Virus record (IMG/VR): IMGVR_UViG_3300017771_000043
Location: 1 to 35,343 of that record
Source of the DNA: a virus
Taxonomy: Duplodnaviria; Caudoviricetes
Length of the DNA stretch: 35,343 nucleotides
Strand: one strand, 5' to 3'
Of this stretch, positions 18,324 to 25,744 are shown one piece after another (the stretch's first letter is position 1; each line of letters opens with the position of its first letter). Both the position numbers and the translations under genes were made by a program. Under the pieces are notes generated by a model. That model did not search any database, was not told the DNA's origin, and saw only the letters and a list, made by a program, of their open reading frames with translations.

Positions 18324-19090
18324 TTACCCTCATACCTGTTGCGTAGATAGCCAAGTGTAATCGGCATCTCTTCGCAGCTGCCATCATTAGCTTCATTGAG
18401 CATCCATATACCACGCCATGAACCATTAGTCTGTGCAGTTAGATATTCCTCATCGTGTTGATAGAATATACCAGCAAACAAACCTAAGATGTTTTTGCCA
18501 TCAGCTCTACGTGCAAAAGCAATATCTTTGTCTTGTACGTGACCCATGACACAGCTCATCATCTTCTTAGATAACATATTCCTAGCACTGGATACTGGTC
18601 TACCCATGATGCCTGATGTGAAGTAATGTGAGTAAGCTATACCATCTATGATTGCTACCTCTAGGAAGTCATAAACCTCAAACCCAAGCTCGTTTAGCTT
18701 CAGGTCATCATAGCCTATCAACCCTTCTAGTTTTGCATCTGCTTCGATAGCGCGCTCTATACGCTGCTCATGGTTGCCTAAAGTGAACACTAGGCGTGGA
18801 TTCCATTGTTTCTTCTTGTTAGATATTAGACGCTTCTGTTCTGCCCTTATTGGCTCTAAGAACACTTCCATAGCATCTAAGCCAGCCTTTATATCATCCT
18901 TGTACCTACGACCTTCAAATGACTTCTTGCCTACATCCCAGTTCGACAAGCTGGGCATATCCCAGTGGTCACCTATATGAATGATAACGTCTGGTTTCTT
19001 TTCAGCTGCATACAAGCCAGCCCACCGAAGATGTTCGACAGGCTGGTTTGGTTTTACTTGCGTATCTGGTATAACTAAGTGCCTTGTCAT
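18320..19090 (-). CDS. Calcineurin-like metallophosphoesterase
   Basis: Motifs IPDTQ, GDHWD, GNHE, YSHY and GHVQ. Confidence 0.85.
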   Translation of the reverse strand: MTRHLVIPDTQVKPNQPVEHLRWAGLYAAEKKPDVIIHIGDHWDMPSLSNWDVGKKSFEGRRYKDDIKAGLDAMEVFLEPIRAEQKRLISNKKKQWNPRLVFTLGNHEQRIERAIEADAKLEGLIGYDDLKLNELGFEVYDFLEVAIIDGIAYSHYFTSGIMGRPVSSARNMLSKKMMSCVMGHVQDKDIAFARRADGKNILGLFAGIFYQHDEEYLTAQTNGSWRGIWMLNEANDGSCEEMPITLGYLRNRYEGK

Positions 19091-19124
19091 AGCTTACCTC
19101 GCTAGTTTAAGGCACTAGTATATA

Positions 19125-19346
19125 CTATTTATTCAAAATGGAATTAATCTTGACACATTCTTCTTCAGTGACCCAAATACGCATCTCCTTTAGTCCTTGC
19201 TCAGCTCTCCTAGCTCTCATCTCGCGCATTAGTTTCGCCTTAGATTTAGGCTTATCTTTGGGCTTGTCCTTTCTGAAGATTGCATCAAAGTTATCCTCAT
19301 ACCGCTTTTGGTCTGGTATAGGACGTGGTGCGCTTCCCTTACCCAT
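19125..19346 (-). CDS. Small basic hypothetical protein
   Basis: Likely start MGKGSAPRP (ATG 19346), overlapping the upstream gene's stop. Confidence 0.65.
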   Translation of the reverse strand: MGKGSAPRPIPDQKRYEDNFDAIFRKDKPKDKPKSKAKLMREMRARRAEQGLKEMRIWVTEEECVKINSILNK

Positions 19347-19557
19347 TACAACCTTCCAGATAATACTCAGCAACACTACAATTCTCATCGAACCTATTTT
19401 TTACGCTTATCATACGCTTCTGGATTAAGTGACCATCTTTACGTAGGTCATAAATTACTGCAGCTAACCTAGTGATGCCTAAGTCTCTAAATGCGTGCAG
19501 TGACGTTATTGTTTCACCTGATTCTAGGTGGTCTAACACTCTTATTGCTTGTTTCAT
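19339..19557 (-). CDS. Winged helix-turn-helix DNA-binding protein
   Basis: VLDHL..G.TIT.L.A...GI.RLAAVIYDLRK.G..I pattern; GGAG SD. Confidence 0.8.
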   Translation of the reverse strand: MKQAIRVLDHLESGETITSLHAFRDLGITRLAAVIYDLRKDGHLIQKRMISVKNRFDENCSVAEYYLEGCNG

Positions 19558-19566
19558 AATAATCTC

Positions 19567-20025
19567 CTAATGAACAGATTTACCAAACTCACTGATAATC
19601 TCATCTTCTAACCGTCTCTCCAGATACAGATACAGTGAATCACGATATGCCTCAGCTAAGGTATATTTGTTACCCAACCACTCTTGTGCGTCATGCACGT
19701 ACTTTTTGAAGTTAGGTACAGCTAGACATTCATAAAACAACTCAGGGTTTTTTTCTTCTTTATGCCCTGTAGCTGCGTAACGCTCTCTGGCATCAGTCAT
19801 CATGTCATCAAACATAGTGTCTGTACCATCAGCGTATAACACCTCTAACAACTCATGCGCCACATCTTGCGCGCACTCTGGGAAGCAATCAGATAACCAC
19901 GTATTGTGCTCACATAGCCACGTATAAACTGCTGCATCCTTTAGCTTATCTTCAAGCTCCGCAATGCAGCCACTCCAGTCATCGGGTAGCTGCACTATTA
20001 CATCTCCAAAAATTGCTGTTTTCAT
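19567..20025 (-). CDS. Hypothetical protein
   Basis: 152-aa ORF with AGGGG SD in the early leftward operon. Confidence 0.75.
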   Translation of the reverse strand: MKTAIFGDVIVQLPDDWSGCIAELEDKLKDAAVYTWLCEHNTWLSDCFPECAQDVAHELLEVLYADGTDTMFDDMMTDARERYAATGHKEEKNPELFYECLAVPNFKKYVHDAQEWLGNKYTLAEAYRDSLYLYLERRLEDEIISEFGKSVH

Positions 20026-20041
20026 TATTATTTCCCCTTGA

Positions 20042-20338
20042 TTATTTTAATTGCTGCACTAAGTCATTGTAGTTACTGTACTCGCTTTCAGCTTGTGCAA
20101 ACAAATCTTCCATAGCATTAAGCAACTTATCCTGACCAACCATAGAAAAGCCTTTGTAGCCACGCACTTTATCCCAAACAATAGTGCTTCTGGCAATATC
20201 AATTTCATGCCATGCTTTTTTGTTACCCATATAATTAGCAAAAGACAGCAATGCAAGGCTAATCTTAAAAAGATGCCCATCATCATCTTTAACTTTTTTA
20301 GCAAATTCGCTCATAAAGTTTTTATTAAATTTTTCCAT
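20042..20338 (-). CDS. Hypothetical early protein
   Basis: AAGGA SD; AT-rich; tiles the operon. Confidence 0.65.
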   Translation of the reverse strand: MEKFNKNFMSEFAKKVKDDDGHLFKISLALLSFANYMGNKKAWHEIDIARSTIVWDKVRGYKGFSMVGQDKLLNAMEDLFAQAESEYSNYNDLVQQLK

Positions 20339-20351
20339 TTTTATTTCCTTA

Positions 20352-20552
20352 TTATGTGAAGTACTTCATTAAAGTTTGCTCACCAAAACCAACAGCATTT
20401 TTGTCAGTCTTGAAAACCTCTTTTAACACAGCGTAAAAGCCTTCATAGTTTGCAAACCTTTTTTGCTCATGGAAAGCATCGACAGCTGCATCTTTGTCTT
20501 GATACTCAAAAAATAAGCCCTCAGACTCTACTACATAAAATGGAAGTTTCAT
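20352..20552 (-). CDS. Hypothetical early protein
   Basis: GAGG SD; first gene after the promoter at 20587-20614. Confidence 0.65.
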   Translation of the reverse strand: MKLPFYVVESEGLFFEYQDKDAAVDAFHEQKRFANYEGFYAVLKEVFKTDKNAVGFGEQTLMKYFT

Positions 20553-20586
20553 TTTTGTTACCTCTGTTTGTGTGTGTATGGCATCT

Positions 20587-20614
20587 ATTATACAGAAGTA
20601 ACCGTTACTTACAA
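20587..20614 (-). promoter_or_regulatory. Sigma70-type promoter with palindromic operator
   Basis: TTGTAA-16 nt-TATAAT; palindrome AAGTAAC-C-GTTACTT at 20596-20610. Confidence 0.65.
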
Positions 20615-20628
20615 GTGTTTATGGCAAT

Positions 20629-20652
20629 AAAAAAGGAGCTAATGCTCCCTTT
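20629..20652 (-). terminator. Intrinsic terminator
   Basis: GGAGC-ATTA-GCTCC hairpin followed by TTTTTT on the minus strand. Confidence 0.7.
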
Positions 20653-20746
20653 CTATCTTGTATCTATCTGTATGCCTTCGCCCAGCCAAATCGTCTATGG
20701 CTATCAGCGTTAGCGACAGTAAAGTAAATAAAATAATGTAGTTCAT
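20639..20746 (-). CDS. Small membrane peptide (35 aa; not in ORF track)
   Basis: MNYIILFTLLSLTLIAIDDLAGRRHTDRYKIEREH; GGGG SD, TATAAT upstream (20777-20772), stop inside the terminator. Confidence 0.5.
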   Translation of the reverse strand: MNYIILFTLLSLTLIAIDDLAGRRHTDRYKIEREH

Positions 20747-20836
20747 CGCGACCCCAAGTAGTTGAGGCGAGATTATAGTGGTGTGTTAGATTAGTCAGTA
20801 GTGCTATTTATTCATAACAGGTATGTGTGTAGGTAA

Positions 20837-20898
20837 TGATGCGTTTAGGTCCTGAGTGCATCAAGCTCAGCACATAGAGGAGAGGAGTCCTCTTGACC
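20837..20898. ncRNA. Candidate structured RNA/ssDNA element (three-way junction + pseudoknot)
   Basis: Intergenic, with four perfect pairings: GGTC/GACC, CTGAG/CTCAG, AGAGGA/TCCTCT and TGATGC/GCATCA. Confidence 0.5.
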
Positions 20899-20910
20899 AC
20901 TAGGGGTTAA

Positions 20911-21105
20911 CTAGAGCGCTACAAAAATGAACAATACTAGCAGTGCCCCACCGAGTATTGCTTCACCTTGTGTCATTGTGCGCCACGGCTTATCAAGCCA
21001 TGCCTTAAATCTATCTCTAGCAGACTTAGCTGCGTCCTCTACTTTATCGAGGGCTTTATCTGCGTGCTCATGCGCGTCTTTCAGCGCCTTTTCATAATCA
21101 GTCAT
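20911..21105 (-). CDS. Small protein with C-terminal TM helix
   Basis: AGGAG SD; charged helix followed by AILGGALLVLFIFVAL. Confidence 0.7.
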   Translation of the reverse strand: MTDYEKALKDAHEHADKALDKVEDAAKSARDRFKAWLDKPWRTMTQGEAILGGALLVLFIFVAL

Positions 21106-21114
21106 AAGACTCTC

Positions 21115-21501
21115 CTAAAATGGTATATCATCATCAGCAAAGTTACTGCTTTGTTGTTGCGGCTGCTGTACTGGTGCAGCTGCGCTTTCTTGTTTCTTAG
21201 AAAAATGGACATTGTTAACCAGACATACTGCCATAGAACGTGCATTGCCGTCCTTGCCTGTCCACTCTTCCATAACAAACTCACCAGACATTGTAACAGG
21301 CGTGCCTTTTGTTAGGTATGGCGCTAGCTTTTCTGCGCGCTCCTTGAACATCTTACACTTTACCCATGTAGTCTTTTTGTTATCACCCCAACCTGACGTA
21401 ACTGCTACGTTTACAGCTCCAATAGCAACACCTTTAGGGGTATGGCGGATTTCCATATCAGCTCCGCAGTTGCCTGTAAACACCATTGAATTAATACTCA
21501 T
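21115..21501 (-). CDS. ssb: Single-stranded DNA-binding protein
   Basis: OB-fold SSB motifs and C-terminal acidic tip DDDIPF. Confidence 0.95.
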   Translation of the reverse strand: MSINSMVFTGNCGADMEIRHTPKGVAIGAVNVAVTSGWGDNKKTTWVKCKMFKERAEKLAPYLTKGTPVTMSGEFVMEEWTGKDGNARSMAVCLVNNVHFSKKQESAAAPVQQPQQQSSNFADDDIPF

Positions 21502-22259
21502 TATATATCCTCACTCGGATTGTAGTTTTTAGATAGCTTCCAATACGTTAGAAGCGCGTTAAACATCTCAGCGTGTTTCTTGTGAGATTCGTTATCCCAT
21601 ACGTGGTACAGAGCAATCTCTGGCTTCTGCCTATCAACAAAGATAGATACACATACTGGGTCTGTGACGCCTAAGCCTTGTGCATATGCAGATAGCTGCA
21701 TACCGTGCTCATCGTACACTAATTTCTTTGGGTCTTTGCCATCAAGATTATCTTTAGTCTTAAAATCTACAAAGATGCCGTTATCACTACACAGGTCTAT
21801 CTTACCACCATAGCCTAAATCGCACGCAAATGACTTCTCAGCGCTCCATTTGGTTTCTGGGTGTAATGACTCCAGTATATCTGTAACGGCTGTATAAGCC
21901 TCTGAGACGCCTTGTCCGAGGAAGCCACGCTCAATGTCTGCGTGTATTTCTGTGCCTCGTTCAGCAGCCTTCTTACCTACCTGCTTCGACTCCATCTTAG
22001 CCCTAGCCATAAACATCTCAACTGGCTCACCTACATTCTGCTGCATAGTTGCTGCTGCTAGTAATGCTTGGTCCACTTTCCAGTTTTCTAATGCAGGCTT
22101 AGCAGCCACCCCCAACACAGTTGTTACACTGGGTACAAGATGATGCTTCCGTGCATCTCGCAAAGTTGTATTACGTTCTTTACCATTAGCACCTACAGTT
22201 GTGTATGCAGGCACACCCTCTTGGTCATACCAGTGCCCTGACTCAGCTCTATACGACAT
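21501..22259 (-). CDS. PD-(D/E)XK (Cas4/RecB-like) exonuclease
   Basis: PSVTTVL, RGTEIH, GKIDL..VDFKTK and QLSAYA motifs; likely start MSYRAESGHWY. Confidence 0.85.
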   Translation of the reverse strand: MSYRAESGHWYDQEGVPAYTTVGANGKERNTTLRDARKHHLVPSVTTVLGVAAKPALENWKVDQALLAAATMQQNVGEPVEMFMARAKMESKQVGKKAAERGTEIHADIERGFLGQGVSEAYTAVTDILESLHPETKWSAEKSFACDLGYGGKIDLCSDNGIFVDFKTKDNLDGKDPKKLVYDEHGMQLSAYAQGLGVTDPVCVSIFVDRQKPEIALYHVWDNESHKKHAEMFNALLTYWKLSKNYNPSEDI

Positions 22260-22644
22260 CTGGAATAGCCCACCGTGGTAAGTTGCTTGCAGTGGCATTC
22301 TTTGGCAAGTAGTACAAGTAACGACCTACACCAAACTTTTGTGCTGCACGTTTAAGCGCATCAGATATACCACCTTTCTCGCCTTCAATATTAGTATCAC
22401 CAGCGCCATCAGATTTAGTAATCCACTCACCATCTACACGTATAGACAGATAACATATCAATCGACCAGATACCTCTTCATAACGGTCCTGCCAATTTTC
22501 TATACCTGCTACCTCATCCAGACGGTTAGCTACGTCACGCGCATCTATGTACGCTAACTGCATACCGCCACGCCCTTGTCTCCAGCGCAGCTGATTAGCT
22601 TTAAATGGAGAACGCAGCCCCTTTTGAATATCTTGCCAGCTCAT
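22249..22644 (-). CDS. sak: Rad52/Sak-family single-strand annealing protein
   Basis: LAYIDARDV..RLDEV.G..NW and KGGISDALKRAA.KFGVGRYLY; ATGA-coupled start at 22644. Confidence 0.85.
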   Translation of the reverse strand: MSWQDIQKGLRSPFKANQLRWRQGRGGMQLAYIDARDVANRLDEVAGIENWQDRYEEVSGRLICYLSIRVDGEWITKSDGAGDTNIEGEKGGISDALKRAAQKFGVGRYLYYLPKNATASNLPRWAIPDVV

Positions 22645-22823
22645 ACTTGTATCCCCCAATCACGCAGATGCTGCTCGCATCGTGCAGTTTCAATTTGCTC
22701 TCGCGAATACTGGTCACCATACCCCCAGTAATATTCTTTTGGCTGATTCAGTGCAGCTTCATAGTTGTGCACTGCGTCAAACTCGCCCTGCTCATAAGGC
22801 GTCAAATGATTGCAGTCTTTCAT
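22641..22823 (-). CDS. Hypothetical early protein
   Basis: GAGG SD; first gene after the leftward promoter. Confidence 0.65.
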   Translation of the reverse strand: MKDCNHLTPYEQGEFDAVHNYEAALNQPKEYYWGYGDQYSREQIETARCEQHLRDWGIQV

Positions 22824-22855
22824 ATTATACCTCGCTTTATGTGTGTGAGACTTAA

Positions 22856-22883
22856 ATTATACAGATGTCATTGACAGATGCAA
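22856..22883 (-). promoter_or_regulatory. Leftward early promoter
   Basis: TTGCAT-16 nt-TATAAT; palindrome TGTCA-T-TGACA in the spacer. Confidence 0.6.
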
Positions 22884-22898
22884 ACATTAATTAACAAG

Positions 22899-22927
22899 TT
22901 GTAATATATTATTCACTGAATTATAAT
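22899..22927 (+). promoter_or_regulatory. Rightward early promoter
   Basis: TTGTAA-17 nt-TATAAT, upstream of AAGGAG SD and the HTH gene. Confidence 0.7.
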
Positions 22928-22953
22928 CGACACTTCTACAACAAGGAGTAATT

Positions 22954-23157
22954 ATGTTTGACCTTAAAAGAGCAATAAAGAGACGTGCAGCCTATGATGA
23001 CTTAACAATGAAGGTGGTTGCAGCGCGTTGTGAAATTAACCCAGCACATTTAAGTCGATTGATGAGACACAATAATTGTGAGCTGGAGACGATGTTGAAG
23101 CTAGCACATGGCTTTAACTTAACTTTAAGTGAGTTCGTAAAAGAAGGAGAGTTCTAA
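22954..23157 (+). CDS. Cro/C1-type HTH transcriptional regulator
   Basis: LTMKVVAARCEINPAHLSRL...LETMLKLAHGFNL.LSEF XRE-type pattern, 67 aa. Confidence 0.8.
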   Translation: MFDLKRAIKRRAAYDDLTMKVVAARCEINPAHLSRLMRHNNCELETMLKLAHGFNLTLSEFVKEGEF

Positions 23158-23158
23158 A

Positions 23159-23791
23159 ATGCACATGGGGTTTTATGCAATCATACCTGCCACAGTAAGG
23201 TATGACAATCGAATACCAGCAAACGCTAAGTTGTTGTACGGTGAGATAACAGCGTTATGTAATGAGAGAGGTTACTGCTGGGCAACTAATGCACACTTTG
23301 CTGAATTGTATGACGTGAAGAATAGGTCCATAACTAATTGGTTAGGTGCGCTTGAAGATGCTGGTTACATACAGCGTGAAGAGATTTATGAGAAGGGTAC
23401 GAAAAGGGTGCAAGAAAGACGCATTTACATAGTAGAAAATAATTGCGATACCCCTAGCAAAAATTTTCCTACCCCCCTAGAAAATAATTTCCCTACCCCC
23501 ACGAAAGAAAGTTCTAAGGGAATAATACAGGTTAATAATAAAACTAATAATATACCGCCACAGCGTGATGAAGTCGTTAGTTACATTAATCAACAGGGTT
23601 ACAATGTAGATGCTGACAGGTGGTTTGCTTACTATGAATCTAATGGCTGGAAGGTTGGAAGAAATAAGATGAAAGACTGGAAGGCTTGTATTCGCACTTG
23701 GCAGACTAATGGATTCAACAAAAAGCAGTCGTTGAAAAAGTCTGATGTGATGGAGAAACTTACTGATAGGTCTTGGGCTTATAAGGGGTAA
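23159..23791 (+). CDS. Replication initiator (lambda O-like / replisome organiser)
   Basis: FYAIIPATVRYD..AKLLYGEITAL..GYCWATN wHTH, repetitive linker, and C-terminal YYESNGWKVG.NKMKDWKA.IRTW. Confidence 0.85.
   Translation: MHMGFYAIIPATVRYDNRIPANAKLLYGEITALCNERGYCWATNAHFAELYDVKNRSITNWLGALEDAGYIQREEIYEKGTKRVQERRIYIVENNCDTPSKNFPTPLENNFPTPTKESSKGIIQVNNKTNNIPPQRDEVVSYINQQGYNVDADRWFAYYESNGWKVGRNKMKDWKACIRTWQTNGFNKKQSLKKSDVMEKLTDRSWAYKG
23433..23503 (+). repeat. Iteron-like direct repeats, probable replication origin
   Basis: TAGAAAATAATT occurs twice (23433, 23478). TACCCC(C)n occurs three times at 21-24 nt spacing inside the initiator gene, followed by AT-rich sequence. Confidence 0.6.
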
Positions 23792-23793
23792 CA

Positions 23794-24078
23794 ATGGAAA
23801 CTCATAGAAACACGAAGTTTATTGAGTTTGTTGGAACAGATGGACATTTTAAAAACGGTGAGTCTTACACTTACGAAGAATACGCTGAGTACGTAGGGCT
23901 CAAAAGGAACACAATGGTGACAAGGCTGTCTGGCAGGCAGGTTTGCACTGATGAGGATTTACGTCCTAGTGGGCAGCTGCTTAGGGTCAAAAAGGCGCCA
24001 ACGCGCGCTTCTATTTGGGACCTATTAGAAACTAGGGCAGATATCCTTTCACAGAAATGGTTGAGGAAAAGGTTATGA
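23794..24078 (+). CDS. Hypothetical protein (possible HTH)
   Basis: AGGGG SD; EYAEYVGLKRNTMVTRL resembles an HTH. Confidence 0.7.
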   Translation: METHRNTKFIEFVGTDGHFKNGESYTYEEYAEYVGLKRNTMVTRLSGRQVCTDEDLRPSGQLLRVKKAPTRASIWDLLETRADILSQKWLRKRL

Positions 24079-24533
24079 ATAAAGAAATTATTGTTAATAG
24101 TGACGCTAGCTATGGTCAAGCAATGCGTTTAGTTAATGACCTGTACTTAGACAATAAGTACCTGACTATAAAGTTATCCACAGGTAAGCAGCGTACTGGG
24201 CAGCAGAATAACGCTATACATAAGTTTTGCCGCATGATAGCTGATGCCTGCAATGATGCAGGGTATGAGTACACCATTAAGAGCCTGCTGCGTGACAAGG
24301 AAACAAAGAAGTCTAAAGCAATAGGTATGCCGTGGACGTGGGAGCGCGTAAAGGACGTTATATGGTTAGAGGTACAAACAGCTATGTACCCTGAGAAAAG
24401 CCGCTCTACAACTGCATTAAAAAGTGATGAGGTTACACAGGTAGCAAATGTTATAATTAGGCATCTGGCAACTGACTTGGGATTGAACATACCGTTCCCA
24501 TCTAAGGAAGAGATAAATGGCGATAAAACGTGA
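24075..24533 (+). CDS. NinB/Orf-like recombination accessory protein
   Basis: QRTGQQNNAIH...IA and STTAL motifs; ATGA-coupled start at 24075; precedes the NinG-like gene. Confidence 0.6.
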   Translation: MNKEIIVNSDASYGQAMRLVNDLYLDNKYLTIKLSTGKQRTGQQNNAIHKFCRMIADACNDAGYEYTIKSLLRDKETKKSKAIGMPWTWERVKDVIWLEVQTAMYPEKSRSTTALKSDEVTQVANVIIRHLATDLGLNIPFPSKEEINGDKT

Positions 24534-24906
24534 TGCAGCTGACAAGTGGTTCAGTGATGTGGTTAGAAAGAAAGCTAACCATGTTTGTGAGCACTGCTGC
24601 AAGGTAGATGGAAGGATGGAGTGTGCTCATATATTCGGCAGGGCAGCTAAGTCTGTTAGGTGGTCTTTAGACAATGCCTTATGCTTGTGCCACTACTGTC
24701 ATAGAAAGTTTACAGAGAATCCAACTGAGTTTACCTCTTGGCTAGAAAGCAAGTTTGGTAAAGGTCACATGGATATGCTAAGGGAGAAGTGGCAAGTCCT
24801 AATGCCAACTAACAAAAAGCTGCGGTCTGAGATATCAAAACACTACCGCGAAGAATTGAAAAAAATGGACGCTGACGAGAAGTATGACCCAATCAGTTAC
24901 AACTGA
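24517..24906 (+). CDS. NinG/Rap-like HNH endonuclease
   Basis: DKWFSDVVR, CxxC, ECAHIFGR, RWSLDN..CLCHYCH. Confidence 0.75.
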   Translation: MAIKRDAADKWFSDVVRKKANHVCEHCCKVDGRMECAHIFGRAAKSVRWSLDNALCLCHYCHRKFTENPTEFTSWLESKFGKGHMDMLREKWQVLMPTNKKLRSEISKHYREELKKMDADEKYDPISYN

Positions 24907-24914
24907 GGTGTAGT

Positions 24915-25145
24915 ATGAAAGACAGTACGCTAGGTATCATGTTCGATAGAGTAGAGTCACATGGTCTACATGACATTAAGGACAAACTCATAAATGTGTT
25001 ACAATCGGCTGTGTATGAAGGTGCACAAAACTATGCGCGTGAAGAGATTATCGCTCTTTGGGAAGAGATGGAAGCTGAGATAACTAAGCTGAAAGAACCC
25101 CCTACAGAAGAGCAGCTGCGCTTAGAGCACCCTGAAATGCACTAG
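24915..25145 (+). CDS. Hypothetical protein
   Basis: GAGGTG SD; tiles the operon. Confidence 0.7.
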   Translation: MKDSTLGIMFDRVESHGLHDIKDKLINVLQSAVYEGAQNYAREEIIALWEEMEAEITKLKEPPTEEQLRLEHPEMH

Positions 25146-25161
25146 TTTTAATCTCCCTTTA

Positions 25162-25187
25162 CCCTGCTTTCGGGCAGGGAATTTTTT
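25162..25187 (+). terminator. Intrinsic terminator
   Basis: CCCTGCT-TTCG-GGCAGGG hairpin followed by AATTTTTT. Confidence 0.65.
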
Positions 25188-25196
25188 GGAGCGAAT

Positions 25197-25475
25197 ATGG
25201 CTAAAGACCCAAGATTAGCTAGGGTAGGTGTTTCTGGTTACAACAAGCCCAAAAGAACGCCTAATCATCCTACTAAATCACACGTTGTTGTTGCTAAATC
25301 AGGCGGCAAGGTAAAAACTATACGCTACGGACAGCAAGGTGTTTCTGGTGCTGGCAAGAATCCAAAGACAGCAGCAGAGAAAGCAAGACGTAAATCATTC
25401 AAAGCTCGCCATGCTAAGAACATCGCAAAAGGTAAGATGTCTGCAGCATATTGGGCAAATAAATCCAAATGGTAG
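25197..25475 (+). CDS. Small highly basic protein (marine-phage family, RRKSFKARH..SAAYWA motif)
   Basis: GGAG SD; 92 aa, Lys/Arg-rich. Confidence 0.8.
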   Translation: MAKDPRLARVGVSGYNKPKRTPNHPTKSHVVVAKSGGKVKTIRYGQQGVSGAGKNPKTAAEKARRKSFKARHAKNIAKGKMSAAYWANKSKW

Positions 25476-25484
25476 GAGACTGAT

Positions 25485-25595
25485 ATGCCAAAAGTAGGCG
25501 GAAAGCATTATTCATATACAAAGAAAGGTATGGCAGCAGCTAAGAAGGCAGCTAAGAAAACTGGCAAAAAAGTATCTTACAGGAAGAAAAAGTAA
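25485..25595 (+). CDS. Tiny basic protein (36 aa; not in ORF track)
   Basis: AGGAG SD; MPKVGGKHYSYTKKGMAAAKKAAKKTGKKVSYRKKK. Confidence 0.75.
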   Translation: MPKVGGKHYSYTKKGMAAAKKAAKKTGKKVSYRKKK

Positions 25596-25744
25596 TGCCT
25601 AAAGGTTTATACGCTAACATCCACGCTAAACGTAAACGCATCAAGGCTGGCTCAGGTGAGACTATGCGTAGAGCTGGCACAAAAGGTAGACCAACAGCTA
25701 GGGCGTTTAAGAAAGCTGCTAAGACTGCTAAAAAGAAGCGTTAG
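25595..25744 (+). CDS. Tiny basic protein (49 aa; not in ORF track)
   Basis: TAATG coupling; MPKGLYANIHAKRKRIKAGSGETMRRAGTKGRPTARAFKKAAKTAKKKR. Confidence 0.75.
   Translation: MPKGLYANIHAKRKRIKAGSGETMRRAGTKGRPTARAFKKAAKTAKKKR

Noticed and set aside
18108-19090. Metallophosphoesterase + DUF3310 as a novel system
   Set aside because: This is a common accessory pair in tailed phages, and nothing here is distinctive.
1140-19428. Numerous plus-strand ORFs of 65-176 aa in the ORF track
   Set aside because: They lie antisense to well-supported minus-strand genes and have no recognisable motifs.
20837-20898. Hammerhead, HDV-like ribozyme or tRNA
   Set aside because: It lacks the CUGANGA/GAAA core, the nested HDV double pseudoknot and the tRNA T-loop/cloverleaf.
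21501-22259. Cas4 / CRISPR system
   Set aside because: It is a stand-alone phage PD-(D/E)XK exonuclease in a Sak-SSB module. There is no repeat-spacer array or other cas gene.
22871-22876. Perfect TTGACA as a rightward -35 box
   Set aside because: There is no -10 at proper spacing. It is better explained as half of the TGTCA-T-TGACA palindrome.
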